Virus record (IMG/VR): IMGVR_UViG_3300036791_000399
Span: 1-64,000 of that record
Source: a virus
Strand: one strand, 5' to 3'
Length of the DNA: 64,000 bases
Below the pieces are notes generated by a model that saw only the letters and a program-made list of their open reading frames with translations, did no database searches and was not told where the DNA came from. Every line of letters begins with the position of its first letter. Position 1 is the stretch's first letter. The translations under genes were made by a program, and so were the position numbers. Below are positions 56,227-64,000 of this stretch, one piece after another.

Positions 56227-57435
56227 ATGGCGGCGTTCGCGAGTCAGGGGGCATGGAACCAATGGATCGACCAGGGTCGCTCCGCCGACATCCTGGCTAT
56301 CGCCCAGTCTTTCGGCGCGCGGCTCAAGAAAGCAGGCACCGCTGAATTTGTAGGGCCCTGCCCGCTCTGCAGCGGCACTGACCGGTTCTCGATCAACAGC
56401 AAGAAGAAGGTCTGCAACTGTCGGGGCTGCGGCCTCAAGGGCGACGTAATCGCCTTCGTCGAGGGGATGACGGGCGCCTCGTTCATTGAAGCCGTTGAAC
56501 GCATCACCGGCACGCCCAGGCCTGACCGCTCACGCGACGAGACGCTGGAGGAGCGCAATGCGCGGCTGGCCAAGAACGCCGCTCGTCTCTCCGACTTCCA
56601 GAAGCGCGAGGAGGCGGAGCGCGCGGCCGAGGCGGCCAAGGCCAAGCGCGACGAGGAAGTCATCACCAAAGTGCTCGACCGGGCTCAGCCGCTCGCTGAG
56701 ACGCTTGGCGAGGCCTATCTGCGCGGGCGCGGCCTCACGCCGCATAAGCGGTTCACGGGCGATATCCGCTTCGTCCCGGAACTCGATTACTGGGGCGCGA
56801 CCGACAATGGCACCCGGTCGATCATTCACCTCGCCACCCTGCCCGCGATCGTCGCCATCATTCGCGATTTCAGCGGCGCCATCATTGGCTTGAGCCAGAC
56901 CTATCTCGACCCCCAGGAGCCCCGGAAATGGACGCCGACGGGTTCGCCGTCCAACAGCCCGACGAAGATCAGGGGCGAGAAGAAGGGCGGCATGATCAGG
57001 CTCGGGCGGATCGGCGCGACCCTGGCGATCGGCGAAGGGTGGGCGAACTGCCTCGCCTTCCATCAACTCGGCTTCGGGCCCGAGGATCTCACCCTGGCGG
57101 CCGCTGTCGACCTCGGAAACCTCGCGGGCGGCGCCACGGGCCCCTGGGGTCATCCCGTCGCCAAGGACGCCGACGGTCGGCAGGTGCGAATGAAGAACGG
57201 GATCCCAGATATGCAATCCCCAGGAATCATTCTCCCGGAGGGGATCACCTCGATTATCATCCTCGCGGATCTCGACAGCGAGAGCTATAGCACTGCGGCG
57301 CAGTTGCGCACCGCGGGCAATCGATTCCGAAACATGGGTATTGCGGTCGAGGTCGCATGGCCAAGCGCGGGCAAGGATTGGAATGACGTTCTTATAAGTC
57401 AGGAGGGGAGCATTGGCGGCTCCGCTAACCCTTGA
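56227..57435 (+). CDS. DNA primase (zinc finger plus Toprim-like)
   Basis: GPCPLCSGTDRF..CRGC..GDVI, YLRGRG, IGEG, LADLD, GKDWND. Confidence 0.85.
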   Translation: MAAFASQGAWNQWIDQGRSADILAIAQSFGARLKKAGTAEFVGPCPLCSGTDRFSINSKKKVCNCRGCGLKGDVIAFVEGMTGASFIEAVERITGTPRPDRSRDETLEERNARLAKNAARLSDFQKREEAERAAEAAKAKRDEEVITKVLDRAQPLAETLGEAYLRGRGLTPHKRFTGDIRFVPELDYWGATDNGTRSIIHLATLPAIVAIIRDFSGAIIGLSQTYLDPQEPRKWTPTGSPSNSPTKIRGEKKGGMIRLGRIGATLAIGEGWANCLAFHQLGFGPEDLTLAAAVDLGNLAGGATGPWGHPVAKDADGRQVRMKNGIPDMQSPGIILPEGITSIIILADLDSESYSTAAQLRTAGNRFRNMGIAVEVAWPSAGKDWNDVLISQEGSIGGSANP

Positions 57436-58729
57436 GCATCCCTATCTCACCATTGAATCCTTCGACGATTTCCTCAAGCGCACCGACTGGATTTTCCAGC
57501 CAGCGGTCAAAAGCCGCTTCGGCGCCATCAGCCTCGACCAGTTAGACGACGCCGGGGTCGAGCACGACTGGCTCGTCTCGGGCTGGCTGTCGAGCCGCGA
57601 CCGCTCGGTCCTGGCTGGCGATTCAAAGGCAGGCAAAAGCTTCTTCGCCCTGGAGACGGCGCTGTGCGTCGCGTTCGGCCGCGACCTGTTCGGGCTCCCC
57701 ACCAAAAGAGGCGGGGTCATCTATCAGGTCGGCGAAGGCCTGGGCGGCTTCAAAAAGCGGCTGCGCGCGTGGCGGTCGTATTACGGGGTCGAGTTCACCC
57801 GTGAGATCCCGTTCCGTCTCTTCCAGCGCGGGATCGACATCTATCGCGACTTCGATCAGGTCGACGCTTTGATCGAGGAGATCCTCGCCCATGCGGCGCT
57901 GTTCGACGGGCCGCTCCGGCTGGTGGTGATCGACACCCTGGCGAAAGCCAGCATCGGCGCCGACGAGAATGCCGTGAAGGACATGGGCATCGTGATGAAA
58001 AACGTCGAGCGCATCAACGAGCGCACGGGCGCCCATGTGATGCTCGTGCATCATTTGACGAAGGGCGGCGTCGTGCGCGGCTCGACCTCCGTCTATGCCG
58101 GCGTCGATCAGGTGCTGCTGCTCACCCGCGACGAGCAAACCAAAATGCGGACGCTGAGCCTCGACAAGCAGAAAGACGACGACGAGGGGGTCGCGCTCAA
58201 TTTCGAACTGGAGAAGGTCGTCCTGGGCCAGGACGAGGACGGGCGGCAAGTGACCTCCTGCGTCTGCCTTGCGGTCAGCGAGCGCGAGCGGGTGCGGCGC
58301 GAGGAGGAACTCCGGGGGCTGAGACTCTCGACCGCGCTTGAGGTGTTCCTCAAGGCGTTTTTCGAGACGGAGCGGCGCTATGGGATGCCGGTCCCGGCCG
58401 CCCTGGACGTGCCGAGCAAAGTTCGTACGATCGTGTACTGGGAGGATTTCAAGCGCGTCTACGGCGACATCTCGCCAGCCGATACTCTGACCCGCGAGGA
58501 ACTGACGACCGAGGAACAGGCGAAGGCGCTCGATCGGCATTACGAGAAAATGAAGAGCCGGGTGCGCCGATTCCGCGAGGAGACGATCGCCCAGGGCATT
58601 CTTGGGTTTGGGCAGTTTGAGGATAAGGCTGTGTGCTGGTGGACGGGAAAGCCACTGCGAGCCTTCCCGCACACGCAGCCGACGCAAGAGCGGGACAAAG
58701 ACGACCCGGCGCTGGCGATCGAGTTCTAA
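57413..58729 (+). CDS. RecA-family (RepA/AAA_25-type) replicative helicase
   Basis: Walker A GDSKAGKS, GEG, LVVIDTLA, DEN, VHH, RGSTS, KQKD. Confidence 0.9.
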   Translation: MAAPLTLEHPYLTIESFDDFLKRTDWIFQPAVKSRFGAISLDQLDDAGVEHDWLVSGWLSSRDRSVLAGDSKAGKSFFALETALCVAFGRDLFGLPTKRGGVIYQVGEGLGGFKKRLRAWRSYYGVEFTREIPFRLFQRGIDIYRDFDQVDALIEEILAHAALFDGPLRLVVIDTLAKASIGADENAVKDMGIVMKNVERINERTGAHVMLVHHLTKGGVVRGSTSVYAGVDQVLLLTRDEQTKMRTLSLDKQKDDDEGVALNFELEKVVLGQDEDGRQVTSCVCLAVSERERVRREEELRGLRLSTALEVFLKAFFETERRYGMPVPAALDVPSKVRTIVYWEDFKRVYGDISPADTLTREELTTEEQAKALDRHYEKMKSRVRRFREETIAQGILGFGQFEDKAVCWWTGKPLRAFPHTQPTQERDKDDPALAIEF

Positions 58730-59187
58730 AGATCACATGGGCGCAACAAGTCATCAAGCCGCTCGCCAAGGGTGAAGGTCATTTCATAGTCCGCGAATAC
58801 GAGGTCGCCTTCGAAGCGGCGCATCTCGCGCCCCGCTGGCAGCACGGCCGCCTTCGACGCTTCCCATAAGCCAGCGTACGGCGAGCGTTGACCCCGTGGC
58901 TTGTAACGCTTGATCACGCGCTCGCCGCCGCCGTTCCGAGTCACATAGTCGTAGGAAAGAACGACGAGGCCAGTGGCGTTGATGCGCTCAGCCTCCCAAA
59001 GCTTGCGGGCCAGAACCTCATCGAAGCGGTGCCCCTTGCTGATCGGTTGGTGGTATTCGTCGCCGGGTTGGGGCGGTAGTGGCGGCATATAGCTCGCGGA
59101 GTAATGGAGGACCGCGATCTCGGCGCCTTCCTCAAGGCCTTCGACATCGACGTGCCATTTGCCGATATAGCCGTGAACGATTTTCAT
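58726..59187 (-). CDS. Hypothetical protein
   Basis: Coupled in leftward operon. Confidence 0.6.
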   Translation of the reverse strand: MKIVHGYIGKWHVDVEGLEEGAEIAVLHYSASYMPPLPPQPGDEYHQPISKGHRFDEVLARKLWEAERINATGLVVLSYDYVTRNGGGERVIKRYKPRGQRSPYAGLWEASKAAVLPAGREMRRFEGDLVFADYEMTFTLGERLDDLLRPCDL

Positions 59188-59753
59188 GACTGCTTAGTCA
59201 GTTGCAGCTTTTTGGCGTTGAACAGCCGGAAGCCCTCGGCCCGCGTTTCTGCACTGGCGGAGTTGTCCGGATGCAGGCTCATCACGATCATCTTGAACTG
59301 CTCGACAGTGAAGATGGCGCGGTGGCGATCGATCAGAGTCTCATAGTGCTGCATCTTTTCGAAGGCCTCTTTCTCCATTTGCTCCAGGCGCGCGAGATAG
59401 GCTTTGCCATCCTTGAGCACGCGCTGGCGGACCTCTTCGTCGATCTGGTGCATACGGGCGGCGAAGGCGGCTTTGACCCGACGTTCACTTTGGCGCTTGG
59501 CGGCGTCGATATGTTCTTGCTGCGCCTTGTTGAACTTGACCGAAGCGACCTGTGCATCGTCCTTGGCCCGCGCCTGATCTTCTAACGCGCTAGCAACCTC
59601 GAATATGTAGTGGCTACCAATGTCGGGGTGCTCCTCGGCGAGCTTGCGCGCGTTGACCGGCTTTCCTTGGTCGAGCCTTTCGCGGACCTTGTCGCGCGCC
59701 TTGTCGCGCTGGGCTGATCCGCGCTTGGGCGCGCTCCGAGCCATAACGTCCAT
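59184..59753 (-). CDS. Coiled-coil protein with C-terminal HPD (J-domain-like) motif
   Basis: RBS GGAGA; FKMIVMSLHPD..AEGFRLFN. Confidence 0.6.
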   Translation of the reverse strand: MDVMARSAPKRGSAQRDKARDKVRERLDQGKPVNARKLAEEHPDIGSHYIFEVASALEDQARAKDDAQVASVKFNKAQQEHIDAAKRQSERRVKAAFAARMHQIDEEVRQRVLKDGKAYLARLEQMEKEAFEKMQHYETLIDRHRAIFTVEQFKMIVMSLHPDNSASAETRAEGFRLFNAKKLQLTKQS

Positions 59754-59816
59754 TTCGTGATTTCTCCAGGCAGCAAAAAGGGGCCGAGAAAGTCTAAACT
59801 TCCTCGACCCCGAGAT

Positions 59817-60207
59817 TTACTCAGCCGCTGTGGCTGAGATGGCGGCCTTCTGGCGAGCCTCAATGCGGCGAGCGCGGCGGCTGAGATTGCGCTCTTTCAT
59901 CCAGTTGCTGATCGCTTTGGCGATCTTCGCGTAGTCATGGCGCTCAACAGTGGCGTTAACCTTATTGAGCGCCTTGACGACCTCATCGACGAGCGCCTTC
60001 TCGTCGAACGCGACTCGGCCATAGACGGACGTCTCATTGTTGACGCCGTCCATCAACTGGCGCACCTCGGGATTGGCATAAAGCCCATTCTCCAAGATGT
60101 CGCGAACACGCGGCAGCCAATGAAGCTGCTTCTTCTCGCGCGGCGGCAAAACATCCGGCAACTCGCGCAAATGCGGCCGGAGCGACACAACGCTTCCCAT
60201 AGGCATA
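59817..60207 (-). CDS. Hypothetical protein
   Basis: RBS GAAGGAG before MPMGSVV. Confidence 0.6.
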
Positions 60208-60264
60208 CTCCTTCCCCCCGCTTGGGGGCTTGCGAACTTGGACAGTGCCAAGTCGCGAATCGAA

Positions 60265-60291
60265 TGTCGCAAATAGTGCGACTGGCGTCAA
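60265..60291 (-). promoter_or_regulatory. Leftward promoter with operator
   Basis: TTGACG on minus strand (60291-60286), 2 nt from TGTCGC-N7-GCGACT (60265-60283). Confidence 0.6.
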
Positions 60292-60398
60292 GCGGCGTGA
60301 AGTGGCGCTTTTGTGTGGAAAGATTCTGAGTCGCCCTTGCGCGAAATCCCCCCTGGCGAGGTATTGTCATGGCGTCTCATGCCCGAGAGTGCAGCCAT

Positions 60399-60593
60399 AT
60401 GCCACGTTTGAAACCCCGCGAACCGACGCAGCGCGTCACCGTCCGAATCAGCGAGGCAGCGAGAATGCTGGACGTCAGCGTCACCACGATTCGCCGCTGG
60501 CTCGCCAACGGCACGCTGCGCGCGATCGAGATCCCCGGCGCCGAGCGCAAGGTCGACGTCGCCAGCATTGAAAAGTTGTTGAAGCCGAAATGA
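60399..60593 (+). CDS. xis: Excisionase-like HTH protein
   Basis: ISEAARMLDVSVTTIRRWLANGTL; near attP and integrase. Confidence 0.75.
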   Translation: MPRLKPREPTQRVTVRISEAARMLDVSVTTIRRWLANGTLRAIEIPGAERKVDVASIEKLLKPK

Positions 60594-60799
60594 ACGAGGA
60601 ACTGAAGCTCAAGCGCTACCTTGGCGACGGGGTTTACGCGGGTTTTGACGGGTATCAGATTTGGGTCTGGGCCGAGCGCTGCGGTTTCACCCACGCCATC
60701 GCCTTTGAAGCCGAGACTTTGGCGTCGCTGGCCAAGTACACGGCTGACCTCAAGCACATGGCCCATGACGCTGAGAGTTTGAACCGAGAGCAAATATGA
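60590..60799 (+). CDS. Hypothetical protein
   Basis: YLGDGVYAGFDGYQIW; ATGA coupling. Confidence 0.65.
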   Translation: MNEELKLKRYLGDGVYAGFDGYQIWVWAERCGFTHAIAFEAETLASLAKYTADLKHMAHDAESLNREQI

Positions 60800-60823
60800 G
60801 AGGCGGCACGGTAAATTCCTGAC

Positions 60824-61072
60824 TGGGGTATTCTCCGGGGTACAGCGCCGCGAATCCTGTACCCCGCCCTCTTTTCTCCTGACATTTCCGATAGTTCTGT
60901 GGACGTTTATCCCGTCGCCCAGGGCGTCTACATACGCCCCAGGCGGCGTATGGTGGCGCGTCATGGCGCACTAACTCCTTGACATTGCTATTATCGGGCC
61001 GTAAACGTGTTGTCACTGAACACCACCTTACGTTACTGGACGCCACTTTCTGGGGGACAGGGCGGGGGACAG
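60824..61072. other. Probable attP
   Basis: 12-bp-spaced arm-like pairs TGGGGTATT/CGGGGTACA (60824, 60836) and TGGGGGACA/CGGGGGACA (61051, 61063); inverted TGTACCCCG (60858); IHF-like TAACTCCTTGA (60972). Confidence 0.65.
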
Positions 61073-61088
61073 AACCGGGAGCCGAACA

Positions 61089-62330
61089 ATGGATCAGAGC
61101 ATCAACAGACTGACAGACCGCCAAGTGCGCGAGGCCAGCGAAGGCAGGCACGCTGATGGCGGCTACCTCTTCCTTGTCGTTCGTGGCGCTAGCAAAAGCT
61201 GGGTTGTTCGCGGCCCGCGCACCAATGGCAAGCGCATCGAGGCGGGCCTGGGGAGCGTCGATCACGTCTCCCTGGCCAACGCGCGTCGCAAGCGCGACGA
61301 GCTTCTCGGGCAGATCCGCGACGGGCTCGATCCCATCGAGGAGAAGCGCAAGGCGGTCGAGGCCCAGGCGCGTCGCAAGACCTTCGCCCAGGTCGCCCAG
61401 GACGTGATCACGAACAACGTCGGCGCGTGGAAGGTCAACGAGCTAAAGGGCGTTAAAGCAACCCTCGGCAATTGGCAGCGCGACCTCCTGGTCGTCTGCA
61501 AGCCGCTCGCGGCCAAGCCCATTGACGAGATCGGGCTCGACGATATCCGCCCGATCGTGATGCCCATCTATCAGGCTGAGCATGACGATACAGCGAGGGC
61601 ATTGCTCAACCGGCTTGAAACGGTGTTCGACTATGCCGTCGTCTCCGGCTGGCGCACCGCAGCCAACCCGGCCACGAGCAAGATCTGGAAGCTGCTTGCG
61701 CCGAAGCGTGCGAAGGTCGAGGCCGAGGACGAGCCGCATCACGCCGCAGTGCCCTGGCAGGACGCGCCCGCGGCTCTTGCCAAGGTCCGCGCCTCCGACG
61801 TCGTCTCCGCTCGCTTGGCTGAGTTCGTGATCCTCACTGCAACGCGCAGCCAGGAGGCCCGTGGCGCCCGCTGGGACGAGATCGACCTCGACCGCAAGGT
61901 CTGGACGGTCCCCGGCTCGCGCATGAAGATGAGCCGCGACCATGAGGTGCCGCTCTCCGACGCGGCGATCGAGATCCTGGGGCGCATTGAGCGCACGAGC
62001 GAGTTCGTGTTCGTCGGCGGCCGCGGCGAGGCTGCGCAGGCCCAGGGCGCACCGATGAGCCATCCGGGGCTGTGGGCGTTCGTCAACCGCGCGACCGGCG
62101 CGACCGTCCATGGCTGGCGGAGCGTGTTCAAGGACTGGGCCGACAATCACGGCGTCGCCGACAAGCTCAGCGAGAAATGCCTCGCCCACCTGGAGAAGGA
62201 CAAAGTGAAGCGCGCCTATGCCCGCGACCAATTGACGGAACTGCGCCGGCCGGTGATGGCTGCTTGGGCTATGTTCCTCGACGGCGTCGTGGCGCCAGAC
62301 AACGTCGTGCCTCTGCCGAAGGTGGCGTGA
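61089..62330 (+). CDS. int: P4-type tyrosine integrase
   Basis: Arm-binding N-terminus (DGGYLFLVV..KSW..GLG..VSLANAR), TATRSQE, RMK, HGWRSVFKDW, CLAH, RAY. Confidence 0.95.
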   Translation: MDQSINRLTDRQVREASEGRHADGGYLFLVVRGASKSWVVRGPRTNGKRIEAGLGSVDHVSLANARRKRDELLGQIRDGLDPIEEKRKAVEAQARRKTFAQVAQDVITNNVGAWKVNELKGVKATLGNWQRDLLVVCKPLAAKPIDEIGLDDIRPIVMPIYQAEHDDTARALLNRLETVFDYAVVSGWRTAANPATSKIWKLLAPKRAKVEAEDEPHHAAVPWQDAPAALAKVRASDVVSARLAEFVILTATRSQEARGARWDEIDLDRKVWTVPGSRMKMSRDHEVPLSDAAIEILGRIERTSEFVFVGGRGEAAQAQGAPMSHPGLWAFVNRATGATVHGWRSVFKDWADNHGVADKLSEKCLAHLEKDKVKRAYARDQLTELRRPVMAAWAMFLDGVVAPDNVVPLPKVA

Positions 62331-62840
62331 TTGGGCAAGCGCTCAGACTTCGCTCGGATCGACCGGGATCTCTACAACACCCCTCCAGAGGCTGTTGCGC
62401 CGCTCCTACGCTGCCTTCAGCCTCAGACCCGGTTCTGGGAGCCATGCTACGGCGAAGGGTGGCTGGCGGCCGTCCTAAAGGCTGTGGGGCACCGGTTCCT
62501 CGGCGGCTTCGATCTGCCGATCGATGCGCGGTCCCACCGCTACGGCGAACTGGCCCCAGGCGAGGTCTTCATCACCAATCCGCCCTACTGGGGGAAGCGA
62601 CGCGATCTCCACCCGCTGATCAGGAACTTGAGCGATCAGGCGCCGACGTGGCTGTTGATGAACTCTGACTGGCTGTTCAACGTCTCGTCAGGACCGTTGA
62701 CACGTCGCGTGCAACGCATCATCGCGGTAGGCAGGGTGAAGTGGATCCCTGACTCACGCAACACCGGCATGGAGAACGCCGCGTGGCTCCTGTTCGACGG
62801 CAAGGCCGAGCACAGCGGCTTCTTCGTCGGTCGGCGATAA
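62331..62840 (+). CDS. Small amino (N6-A/N4-C) DNA methyltransferase
   Basis: DLYNTP, WEPCYGEG (motif I-like), ITNPPY (motif IV). Confidence 0.75.
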   Translation: MGKRSDFARIDRDLYNTPPEAVAPLLRCLQPQTRFWEPCYGEGWLAAVLKAVGHRFLGGFDLPIDARSHRYGELAPGEVFITNPPYWGKRRDLHPLIRNLSDQAPTWLLMNSDWLFNVSSGPLTRRVQRIIAVGRVKWIPDSRNTGMENAAWLLFDGKAEHSGFFVGRR

Positions 62841-63061
62841 TCGCGCTCCTGGCGGCCCTGGGAGCGGGCTGCAACGTGATCGACCGGCCGAAGGTCGTCA
62901 GCCCACCGGACAGTGACGATCAGGTTGTAGCCCTTCCTGGAGGCGGCGCGCTGATCCTCCAGCGGGCGTTGCAAAGGCCGCAGCAGTGCCTCGTGCGCGC
63001 CCGTGCCTTTCATGGCTTGATACCGGTCGACTGCGACCTCGTGCAGCAGATCCGACCATGA
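62783..63061 (+). CDS. Possible lipoprotein
   Basis: IIALLAALGAGC lipobox-like segment; start uncertain. Confidence 0.4.
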   Translation: MAPVRRQGRAQRLLRRSAIIALLAALGAGCNVIDRPKVVSPPDSDDQVVALPGGGALILQRALQRPQQCLVRARAFHGLIPVDCDLVQQIRP

Positions 63062-63606
63062 GGGAGCCGATCTGGATCACGCTACCCGATTGGGTCATCG
63101 AGTACGCCGACAATGTCGCGGCGCTTCGACAAGCGACGGCTTTCTTTAATGGGCGTCAGAACGCTAACGGTCTGACTGGAAGTTTCGACGAGCTTTTGTG
63201 GTTTCACCGCCGAGGCACTCGCTGTGAAGCGGTGGGCAAACTGTACATGAACCCGATCGTCTGGCACGCCTTCGCTGAAAGGATCACAGGCCTTCCCGAC
63301 CTCGGCGACTTCATCGATGTCAAGGGGCGACGCCTCTGGCGGCACAAGATGCTCGTGCAATTGGACGACGAAGACAATTTCGCCTTTCTCTCTGTCTGCT
63401 CCGAACAGCATCCTGACTATGCGATTTGCGGCTGGCTCTGGGGACACGAAGCCAAGAACGATAAATTCCGAGACGATCCGGTTGGCGGCCGACCCGCCTA
63501 TTTCGTGCCGCAAAAAGAACTGCGCGACCCCGAAGAGCTTCGCTTGATCATTCACCCGCCATCGGTTGGCGCCCCCAGGAGCAACGCGGTGGGCTTGCCG
63601 GCGTAG
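63058..63606 (+). CDS. Putative PD-(D/E)XK-fold protein
   Basis: GTRCEAV..PDLGDFIDVKG..GWLWG..PAYFVP; start set at ATG 63058. Confidence 0.6.
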   Translation: MREPIWITLPDWVIEYADNVAALRQATAFFNGRQNANGLTGSFDELLWFHRRGTRCEAVGKLYMNPIVWHAFAERITGLPDLGDFIDVKGRRLWRHKMLVQLDDEDNFAFLSVCSEQHPDYAICGWLWGHEAKNDKFRDDPVGGRPAYFVPQKELRDPEELRLIIHPPSVGAPRSNAVGLPA

Positions 63607-63953
63607 CCGAGCTTGATCTGCTCGCGCGTCATCTCCCACACGGTCTTGCCGGTGTCTGGCATCACGATGTCGCCCACGAAGGCCTCTTCGAAGGTGACCA
63701 CCTTGGCGTCGACCGCTTCCAACTTGGCCTTGACCAGGAGAAGCAGCGTGCGCCAGCGCGAGCGCGCGGGCTGCGGGTGTTGCGGCACCAGGAGGGTGAA
63801 GCGGATATGCCGCTCGTGGGCGATGAAGCTCACCTGGGCGCGGTCGCCTTGCCAGCCGGCCGCGAAGCCCTTGGCGCCATATTTGCGCACGAGCTTCTCA
63901 ATGTCGGCTTTCGTCTGCTCGACGGAAACCTTGGTGCTCGCGGCGTAGGTCAT
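63552..63953 (-). CDS. Conserved phage hypothetical protein
   Basis: YAASTKVSVEQTKADIEKLVRKYGA..WRTLLLLVKAKLEAV..FEEAF. Confidence 0.7.
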   Translation of the reverse strand: MTYAASTKVSVEQTKADIEKLVRKYGAKGFAAGWQGDRAQVSFIAHERHIRFTLLVPQHPQPARSRWRTLLLLVKAKLEAVDAKVVTFEEAFVGDIVMPDTGKTVWEMTREQIKLGYAGKPTALLLGAPTDGG

Positions 63954-64000
63954 GACGCCAGCTTGGAAGGCGCCTTGATGGGCACTAGGCGGCCTTTCCA

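Noticed and set aside
60836-60869. tRNA-Pro-like ends (CGGGGTACAGCG...CGAATCCTGTACCCCG)
   Set aside because: Only a 31-nt hairpin with no D or anticodon arm; better explained as inverted arm sites or a terminator
62331-63606. Methyltransferase plus PD-(D/E)XK protein as a restriction-modification system
   Set aside because: Both are short types commonly found alone in phages and are separated by another ORF; no further support

Overview
Near-complete genome of a high-GC temperate tailed phage with podovirus-like organisation (no tail tube, sheath or tape-measure genes). The host is probably a soil Alphaproteobacterium (Hyphomicrobiales-like; inference from the PEPxxWA-CTERM cargo and P4-type integrase). 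Gene order: repeat-rich packaging/regulatory region (1-700), terS/terL, accessory block with two PEP-CTERM proteins and a structured RNA candidate (2.9-10.5 kb), portal, a two-module cargo protein, GroES-like protein, scaffold, capsid genes, adaptors, collagen fibres, tail nozzle, GNAT plus two large ejection proteins (to 49.1 kb), leftward recombination genes (SSAP-like, YqaJ), Cro-like, RuvC-like, primase, helicase, xis, an apparently intact attP, integrase and an amino-methyltransferase. Five free-standing HNH-type endonucleases are scattered through it. No CI repressor, endolysin, tRNA or CRISPR array is recognisable. Best leads: (1) a short x-A-x-G-G(-R) peptide motif repeated about 25 times in seven head, portal and ejection-region proteins at domain boundaries, with a stand-alone protein carrying the tape-measure-type GG...GEFV domain as candidate reader or protease; (2) phage-encoded exosortase substrates; (3) a TGTCGC-N7-GCGACA operator regulon; (4) attP-like arm repeats duplicated upstream of terS; (5) nested domain insertions in the nozzle. 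All functional calls come from motif recognition by eye; no database search was run.
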